Shown here piece after piece: positions 58,402 through 64,000 of a stretch of 64,000 bases of DNA. The DNA comes from an uncultured Acidobacteriaceae bacterium (GTDB lineage: Bacteria; Acidobacteriota; Terriglobia; Terriglobales; Acidobacteriaceae). The notes under the pieces are model-generated. The model made no database searches and was not told the origin of the DNA. It saw only the letters and a list, made by a program, of their open reading frames with translations. Numbering within the stretch: position 1 is the first letter of the stretch; the number at the start of each line of letters is the position of its first letter. The translations under genes were made by a program, and so were the position numbers. The DNA lies in assembly GCA_963849815.1 (NCBI GenBank), contig CAWKIR010000012.1:41169-105168 (forward strand). The letters run 5' to 3'.

Positions 58402-58556
58402 TTCACCACGGAGGACACGGAGAGCACGGAGAATCTAGATGACTCTTCGGAGTATTCCTTGTCGCAACATCCGGACATTAAAATTTATCAGGAGTCCGAC
58501 AAACAATCCTTGATTTTATTCCTTCACCCTCCGTTCTCCGTGTCCTCCGTGGTGAA
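58402..58556. repeat. Inverted pair of CACGGAG nonamer arrays flanking a ~100-nt A/T-rich core (MITE-like)
   Basis: The left arm ttcaccacggaggacacggagagcacggagaa (58402-58433) is the reverse complement of ttctccgtgtcctccgtggtgaa (58534-58556), apart from one extra unit. Confidence 0.85.
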
Positions 58557-58560
58557 ATCA

Positions 58561-59376
58561 CTATTTTCTCTGTCTCGCCGCCTCATACAGCACAATCGAT
58601 GCGGCTATCCCCGCGTTCAGCGATTCAACCTTCGACGCCTGCGGGATGACCACCACCTCGTCTGCCTGCGCCAGCACATCTTTGGCGATGCCCGCTCCTT
58701 CGCTGCCGACGACGAGCGCTACTGGCCCGCGCAGGTCGACGTCGAAAACTGCGGTGCCCTTATGCGATGACGTAGCCAGCACACGCACCCCGCGCGCCTT
58801 GATTTCAGGCAGAGCTTGCGCCAGTTCAACCTTCGCGGTCGGCACGCGAAACAGCGATCCCGCCGAGGCGCGCACCGCCTTCCAGTTCCAGGGGCTCACG
58901 GTGCGCTCGCCTAGCAGCAGGCCGGTCACGCCGAACGCCTCGCCGGAGCGCGCGATGGTCCCCAGGTTTCCTGGATCTTGCAGGCCGGAGGCAATCACCA
59001 GCAACGTGGCCCGCGCGGCCAGGATATTCTCCAGGCTGAATGGCTTCACTCGCAGCATCGCCGCCACGCCCTGTGGCGTCTCGCTCGGCACCGCGTTGGC
59101 GAACACGCTGTCGGGCAGCAGCAACGCCTCGGTATGCGCCGATAGTTGCGGCAGCAGCTTATGCGCGCGCTCGCGGGCCGACTCGCTGAAGAAGACTGTC
59201 CCTAGACGAAGCCCGCTGCGGATCGCTTCTTCCACCAGGTGCATGCCTTCGATGGCAATCTCGCCCTGCTGGTTTGGCGTAGTCTCGGCGAAGGCGCGCC
59301 GCAACTCCTTCACGCGCGCGTTCTGGCTGCTATCCACGCGCCGCACCCGATCTTCAAACCGCACGGTGTTAGGCAT
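58561..59376 (-). CDS. TrmH/SpoU family RNA 2'-O-methyltransferase
   Basis: ATG at 59376. SPOUT knot motifs LVVGSEGAGI and IPQASKVESLNAGIAASIVLYE. The longer ORF to 59715 has an implausible Arg-rich N-terminus. Confidence 0.8.
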   Translation of the reverse strand: MPNTVRFEDRVRRVDSSQNARVKELRRAFAETTPNQQGEIAIEGMHLVEEAIRSGLRLGTVFFSESARERAHKLLPQLSAHTEALLLPDSVFANAVPSETPQGVAAMLRVKPFSLENILAARATLLVIASGLQDPGNLGTIARSGEAFGVTGLLLGERTVSPWNWKAVRASAGSLFRVPTAKVELAQALPEIKARGVRVLATSSHKGTAVFDVDLRGPVALVVGSEGAGIAKDVLAQADEVVVIPQASKVESLNAGIAASIVLYEAARQRK

Positions 59377-59526
59377 TGCTCTCGCAGAACCGGCGTCTAT
59401 CCTACACTGCCGGGCGGCGTCACTGCGTCGTGGGCGTCGGCGTGATAATCTTCTCAGTTGCTGTTGTTCGGAGCGATGTGTTAGGTTTCGCTCCACAAAC
59501 ACCTCGCGAACGAAGAAGAGGTACGG

Positions 59527-60171
59527 TTGCGCCCCGAAATAGTAAAGATCAACAGTAAAGCGCCAGAAAGCTCGCTGGTCACCTACGCCGCGGAGAAGAT
59601 CCGCGCGGGTGAAGTGTTGGGTATTCCCACTGACACGTTCTACGGTCTCGCGGTCGATCCCTTCAATCTGCACGCTGTCGATCGGGTTTATGAGATCAAG
59701 ACACGCTCGCGACACAAGCCGCTTTCGCTGCTGATCGAGTCGGTTGACCAGGCGGCCGACGTTGCGTGGCCGGTGCCTGAAATCTTTTACCTGCTAGCGC
59801 GCCGCTTCTGGCCCGGCCCGCTCACCATCATCGTGAAGGCCGATCCCAAGCTTCCCCTGAAGGTCACCGCGAACACCGGCAACGTGGCGTTACGTGTGCC
59901 GGCCGCCGATGTCCCACTGGCTATTATCCGCTCGGCTGGGCTGCCCATCACGGCTACTTCCGCCAACCTGCATGGCGAGCTCGAATGCAGCACGGCAATG
60001 GAGGTACGCGACCAACTGGGCGATTGCCTGTCGATCATCGTGGACGGCGGCCCATCCCCTGGCGTAATGCCTTCGACGATTGTTGATTTGACGACCGAAG
60101 GCAGCTGGCGCCTGCTGCGGCAGGGTGCGATTCCCGAGGAACAGATCATCGAGCTCTTAGGGCAGGAGTAG
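59527..60171 (+). CDS. tsaC: L-threonylcarbamoyladenylate synthase (YrdC/TsaC type)
   Basis: PTDTFYGLAVDP, RFWPGPLT, TATSANLHG and MPSTIVDL motifs. TTG start at 59527. Confidence 0.85.
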   Translation: MRPEIVKINSKAPESSLVTYAAEKIRAGEVLGIPTDTFYGLAVDPFNLHAVDRVYEIKTRSRHKPLSLLIESVDQAADVAWPVPEIFYLLARRFWPGPLTIIVKADPKLPLKVTANTGNVALRVPAADVPLAIIRSAGLPITATSANLHGELECSTAMEVRDQLGDCLSIIVDGGPSPGVMPSTIVDLTTEGSWRLLRQGAIPEEQIIELLGQE

Positions 60172-60252
60172 GTAGCCACGGTCGCAGGGAAATCCAAATT
60201 TCACCCCGTCCGCTGGGTTGTCGCGCTGGTTACTGTCGGCGCACTTGGGTTC

Positions 60253-60783
60253 TTGCTGTTCATCAGCCGCCAGATCATGCGCGAGGCGGGAATCGACGAA
60301 GAGCATCGCGCCGATGCCATCGTCGTCTTCGGAGCGGCCGAGTACGTCGGCCATCCGTCGCCCGTATACCGGGCGCGCCTGGATCATGCCTACAGCTTGT
60401 TTCAGCGCGGATTGGCGCCGGTTATCATTACCACCGGCGGTGCGGGCAACGATCCTCAATTCAGCGAAGGCCAGGTGGGACGGGACTACTTGGAATCGCA
60501 CGGCCTGCCGGACGCAAATCTCATCGCGGAAACCCAGGGAGGCGACACCGACGAATCCGCCCAGCGGGTGGCCGTAATCCTGCACGCGAATGACATGCGC
60601 AGTTGCCTGCTGGTGAGCGATGCCTATCATATGTTTCGCGCCAAGCAGATGATGATGGCGCAGGGCATCACGGTGTACATCTCGCCGCGTCCCGGTTCAA
60701 TTCCCAAGACTACGGTGGGCCGATATCTCGCCGCCCTTCGCGAAAGCTTCAGCTACTTGCTGTACAAGGCCCATGTGCGGTAG
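60253..60783 (+). CDS. YdcF/DUF218 family protein (start codon problematic)
   Basis: AIVVFGAA..VIITTGG..GGDTDESA..LLVSDAYHMFR are DUF218 motifs. The first canonical start (TTG 60253) falls inside an in-frame hydrophobic helix that begins upstream. Confidence 0.7.
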   Translation: MLFISRQIMREAGIDEEHRADAIVVFGAAEYVGHPSPVYRARLDHAYSLFQRGLAPVIITTGGAGNDPQFSEGQVGRDYLESHGLPDANLIAETQGGDTDESAQRVAVILHANDMRSCLLVSDAYHMFRAKQMMMAQGITVYISPRPGSIPKTTVGRYLAALRESFSYLLYKAHVR

Positions 60784-60967
60784 GAGCTGTCAGCCTATCA
60801 GTTCTCGGCCGTCAGCTTTTCCTTACCTCCGCACTTCCATTCACACTGCCATCCTGAGCGCAGTGAGGGCGCCCACTGTGCACGAACGAAGTGGAAGAAC
60901 CCCTACGGGTGTTCAACCCCCGTGTAAACATGGCGTTGCTGATGGCTGACGGCTGAAAGCTGACAGC
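60784..60967. repeat. Oppositely oriented heptamer arrays (GCTGAnn units) bracketing a ~120-nt core
   Basis: Right array gctgatg gctgacg gctgaaa gctgaca gc (60938-60967). The left arm gagctgtcagcctatcagttctcggccgtcagc (60784-60816) is the same word family in reverse orientation. Confidence 0.75.
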
Positions 60968-61695
60968 TATTTCACCAACGCCAGCACCCGCGCCGGGCCG
61001 CCAGAGCCGTTCTCCAGCTTGATGGGCGCGACCACGACAATCGCTCCCGTCGGCGGCACTTGCGAAAGATTAGCTACATTTTCTACGTGGTAAACATTTT
61101 CCTTCGACGTGAACAGATGAACAGGGTAAGTTGCGGTTGCGCCTATGTCCACGCTCATGGTGTCGATGCCCAGTCCCACTACCTCGCGTGTTTTCACTAG
61201 GAATTGCGCGGCTGCCAGAGAAAAGCCCGGATAGTGCGTCAGCTCGCTCCGCTGGTTGCGAAACTGCTCTTGTGAATTCCACCGTTCATCCCAGCCGGTA
61301 TAGGCCATCACCACTGCGCCTGCGGGAATCGTCCTGTGCGCCTGCTCCCACGCGGCGAGGTCCTGCACCGTCACTTCGTAGTCAGGATTACCGTTTACGG
61401 CGTTGCGAACGTCAATGACCACCAGCGGCCGCACCAGTCGCTCGGCCGGAATCTGGTCCACTGTCCACGCATTCGCGGCAAAGTGCGCTGGCGCGTCCAG
61501 ATGCGTGCCGTAGTGCTCCTGGGTGGTGAAGACGCGCGAGTAGTAACCATCGCGCTCCAGGTTGCCCAGTTCGCGCGACTCGTATGGAGACTCCGCTGTC
61601 CCCTCCCAGTTGGGCGAGCGGTCATTTAGATCATGAGTTAGATCGATGACGGTGCGAAATGTGCTGTGATCGGGCATGAAGGTCAGGATGCGCAA
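60967..61695 (-). CDS. Cyclase family protein (kynurenine formamidase-like metal hydrolase)
   Basis: DLTHDL.. and the HYGTHLDAPAHF (HxGTHxDxPxH) signature. An alternative start exists at 61677. Confidence 0.8.
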   Translation of the reverse strand: MRILTFMPDHSTFRTVIDLTHDLNDRSPNWEGTAESPYESRELGNLERDGYYSRVFTTQEHYGTHLDAPAHFAANAWTVDQIPAERLVRPLVVIDVRNAVNGNPDYEVTVQDLAAWEQAHRTIPAGAVVMAYTGWDERWNSQEQFRNQRSELTHYPGFSLAAAQFLVKTREVVGLGIDTMSVDIGATATYPVHLFTSKENVYHVENVANLSQVPPTGAIVVVAPIKLENGSGGPARVLALVK

Positions 61696-61722
61696 ATTGA
61701 ATCAACGCCCGCGGCCCTGCAC

Positions 61723-62313
61723 TTACCGAATCATCGGCAGCCCGGACGCCGGCTCCTCGCCGAAGTCGAGATCGAAGCCAAGTTGGAGCTTGGCTGCCTC
61801 TGACATGCGGGCGGGACTCCACGGCGGATCGAATACGATCTCCACGTTGACTTCCGTCACATCGGGCAGGCGCGCGAGTTTATTTTCCACATCAGACTTC
61901 AGGACGTTACCCATTCCGCAACCCGGCGCGGTCATCGACATCTTGATGTCAAGCTTGTTTCCTCCTTGCTCGGCCGGAGCGATGCTACATCTGTAGACCA
62001 AACCGAGATCGACGATGTTGACCGGAATCTCAGGATCGAAGACGGTTTTCAGCTCGTCCCACACCAACTGCTCGCTGAAAGGGCGCTGTTCGGAGGATGG
62101 CGCTGCCTCGGGAACGGGCAGCCCCAACGCGTCGGCATCATGCGCATCGATGCGGTACATGGATCCGTATTGGCCGCCGCTGACGGAGTAGCTGCCGCCC
62201 AAAGTTTGCATGATGCTGACTACCGAACCCGCAGGCAGAATGCTGCGCGTACCGCTGGGGATCTCGATGACCTCGCAGTCCCGGCTCAACTTGATGGCAA
62301 CGCCCATGTGCAT
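61723..62313 (-). CDS. sufT: Fe-S cluster assembly protein SufT (DUF59 with N-terminal extension)
   Basis: DUF59 core VFDPEIPVNIVDLGLVY..MTAPGCGMG preceded by a ~90-aa extension. It lies downstream of sufS-sufU. Confidence 0.75.
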   Translation of the reverse strand: MHMGVAIKLSRDCEVIEIPSGTRSILPAGSVVSIMQTLGGSYSVSGGQYGSMYRIDAHDADALGLPVPEAAPSSEQRPFSEQLVWDELKTVFDPEIPVNIVDLGLVYRCSIAPAEQGGNKLDIKMSMTAPGCGMGNVLKSDVENKLARLPDVTEVNVEIVFDPPWSPARMSEAAKLQLGFDLDFGEEPASGLPMIR

Positions 62314-62316
62314 GGT

Positions 62317-62406
62317 TTAGTGGCTCGTGGCCCTTAGCTCTTGGCCTTTAGCGGTAAGCAAAACGTAGAAATCTCCCTTGATTGCTAAGAGCTAAAAGCT
62401 AAGAGC
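62317..62406. repeat. Oppositely oriented heptamer arrays (GCTAAnn units) forming a long imperfect hairpin between sufU and sufT
   Basis: The plus-strand array is gctaaga gctaaaa gctaaga (62384-62404). The minus-strand reading of 62317-62359 gives gcttacc gctaaag gccaaga gctaagg gccacga gccacta. Confidence 0.8.
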
Positions 62407-62407
62407 T

Positions 62408-62854
62408 TCACTCGGTTGAGATCGGGGCTTGCTTGCCTTCGATTGCCGCCTGCAAAGTGTGCCAGGCCAGGGTTGCGCACTTTACGCGTACGGGAAATTC
62501 CGAGACGCCGGCGAACACATCCAGCTTGCCCAGCGACTCGCGGTCGCCGTTCGCTTCTCCGGTAACCAGCTTGTGGAAGCGCTCGAACAGCTTCGTCGCT
62601 TCTTCCTTACTCTTGCCCTTCACGCTTTGCGTCATCATTGAGGCCGATGCCTTGGAGATGGCGCAGCCCGAGCCTTGAAACGTGACATCTTGAATCGAAT
62701 CGCCTTCGACATCGACATACACGGTGAAGTGATCGCCGCAAAGCGGATTGTATCCCTCCGCTTTGTGGTTCGCCGTTTTCAGCTCACGATAGTTGCGAGG
62801 GGCCTTGCTGTGCTCCAGGATCACGTCCTGATAGAGCTCGCGCAGATCGGACAT
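62408..62854 (-). CDS. sufU: SUF-type Fe-S cluster scaffold/sulfur-transfer protein
   Basis: NPLCGD, GSGCAIS and VKCATLAW motifs (three Cys ligands). The start overlaps the sufS stop (ATGA). Confidence 0.9.
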   Translation of the reverse strand: MSDLRELYQDVILEHSKAPRNYRELKTANHKAEGYNPLCGDHFTVYVDVEGDSIQDVTFQGSGCAISKASASMMTQSVKGKSKEEATKLFERFHKLVTGEANGDRESLGKLDVFAGVSEFPVRVKCATLAWHTLQAAIEGKQAPISTE

Positions 62855-64000
62855 CAGGCGAAGACCTCCTTCACCTTTTGGATGCCTTCAACCAGCGCAT
62901 CGACTTCGCCGCGCGTGTTGTACAACGCGAACGAAGCACGAGCTGTCGCCGGGATGCGAAAACGCTGCATGACCGGCTGCGCGCAATGGTGTCCGGTACG
63001 AATCGCAATGCCTTCGCGATCAAGGATCGTGCCGATGTCGTGGGGATGAATTCCCTCGATGATGAAGGAAATCACCGCAGCCTTCTCCGCCGCTGTGCCG
63101 ATAATGCGAATGTCAGGTATTGCCGAAAGCGCTTCCGTCGCATACACCAGCAGATCGTGTTCGTGCACCGCGATGTTGTCGATTCCCAAATGGTTGATGT
63201 AATCGATGGCCGCGCCTAAGCCGATGGCACCGCCAATGTTCGGCGTGCCGGCCTCGAACTTATACGGCAGATCGTTGTACAGAGTCTTCTCGAAAGTCAC
63301 CGAGCGGATCATATCGCCGCCGCCCTGATAGGGAGGCATGGCCTCCAGCAGCGCCCGCTTGCCATACAGGACGCCGATGCCAGTCGGGCCATAGACCTTG
63401 TGTCCCGAGAAAACATAGAAATCGCAATCCAGTTCCTGAACGTCGACCTTAAGGTGGGGGACGGCCTGCGCTCCATCGACCACTACCGGAACGCCGTGGC
63501 TATGGGCGATCTCAACAATCTTGCGCAAAGGATTAATTGTGCCCAGGGCGTTCGAAACATGCGTGACCGCCAGCAGCTTGGTGCGCGGGCCGAGCAGCTT
63601 CGGCAACTCATCCATCAGCAACTCGCCGCGATCGTTGATGGGGATGACGCGGAGTGTGGCGTCTTTTTCTTCGCAAAGCATCTGCCAGGGAACGATGTTG
63701 GAGTGGTGCTCCATCGCCGTGATCAGAACTTCATCGCCGGCGCCCACGTGCTTGCGCCCGTGGGTTTGCGCCACCAGGTTGATGCCTTCGGTGGCGCTGC
63801 GCACAAAAATGATCTCGCGTTTGTCCGCGGCATTCAGGAACGCCTGCACTGTCCGGCGCGCGGCTTCGTGCTCTTCCGTGGCATGCTCGGAGAGGAAATG
63901 AACCCCACGATGAATGTTGGCGTTGCCGCACTCGTAGTAATGCGAGATGGCATCGATCACCGCCTGCGGCTTCTGCGAGGTGGCAGCGTTATCCAGATAA
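62854..64000 (-). CDS. sufS: Cysteine desulfurase, SufS type (the N-terminus lies beyond the window end)
   Basis: PLP-Lys motif FSGHKVYGPTGIG and catalytic Cys loop RTGHHCAQPVM. The reading frame stays open to position 64000. Confidence 0.9.
   Translation of the reverse strand, partial: YLDNAATSQKPQAVIDAISHYYECGNANIHRGVHFLSEHATEEHEAARRTVQAFLNAADKREIIFVRSATEGINLVAQTHGRKHVGAGDEVLITAMEHHSNIVPWQMLCEEKDATLRVIPINDRGELLMDELPKLLGPRTKLLAVTHVSNALGTINPLRKIVEIAHSHGVPVVVDGAQAVPHLKVDVQELDCDFYVFSGHKVYGPTGIGVLYGKRALLEAMPPYQGGGDMIRSVTFEKTLYNDLPYKFEAGTPNIGGAIGLGAAIDYINHLGIDNIAVHEHDLLVYATEALSAIPDIRIIGTAAEKAAVISFIIEGIHPHDIGTILDREGIAIRTGHHCAQPVMQRFRIPATARASFALYNTRGEVDALVEGIQKVKEVFA

Noticed and set aside
1-64000. 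Search for tRNA, rRNA, tmRNA, CRISPR arrays, IS elements, integrases, phage genes or known defence-system genes
   Set aside because: I inspected all intergenic gaps longer than 80 nt and found no cloverleaf-like or rRNA-like sequence and no repeat-spacer array. No ORF has transposase, integrase, restriction or Cas-like motifs. The 53-57 kb insert therefore has no visible mobility machinery.

Overview
This is a 64-kb chromosomal segment of a high-GC Gram-negative bacterium. The gene content points to Acidobacteriota (Terriglobia-like): a VWA protein of the type I recall as the acidobacterial TIGR03436 domain, two S53 sedolisins, a SpoIVB/S55-like peptidase, many secreted beta-propeller/TPR proteins and characteristic intergenic repeat words. 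I cannot verify that assignment without a database search. I support about 50 protein-coding genes. I see no rRNA or tRNA, no CRISPR array and no transposase or integrase. Housekeeping genes are hppA, metH, clpC, lolD plus a LolC/E permease, rpsA, rlpA, pyrF, rarA, a TrmH-family methyltransferase, tsaC and sufS-sufU-sufT. Accessory content is mostly secreted or envelope proteins. The observations most worth a second look are: (1) 46.4-47.2 kb, a small leaderless CHAP/NlpC-P60-like Cys-His protein translationally coupled to a small secreted Cys-containing protein (an orphan toxin/immunity-like pair), next to a CPBP/Abi protease and a zinc-ribbon membrane protein. (2) 53.0-57.1 kb, an insert that looks more A/T-rich by eye. 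It carries two tandem paralogous secreted proteins built from four copies of a ~190-aa module, sits behind a 1.07-kb ORF-free leader, and is bracketed by heptamer (GCTAGTT-type) arrays. (3) Several families of short intergenic repeats: heptamer-phased arrays, CACGGAG nonamers forming a MITE-like inverted pair, a ~70-120-nt element in four copies, and GATCCCTCGTCGG..CTGAAG elements. (4) A signal-peptide protein made of three blocks of near-perfect short tandem repeats, downstream of a sedolisin. (5) tsaC and a DUF218/YdcF gene lie in the same frame, separated by one TAG, and the linker encodes a TM helix with no start codon. (6) An MFP-RND-OMF operon whose pump gene carries two 1-bp frameshifts. 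All functional calls rest on motif recognition by eye, and no searches were run.
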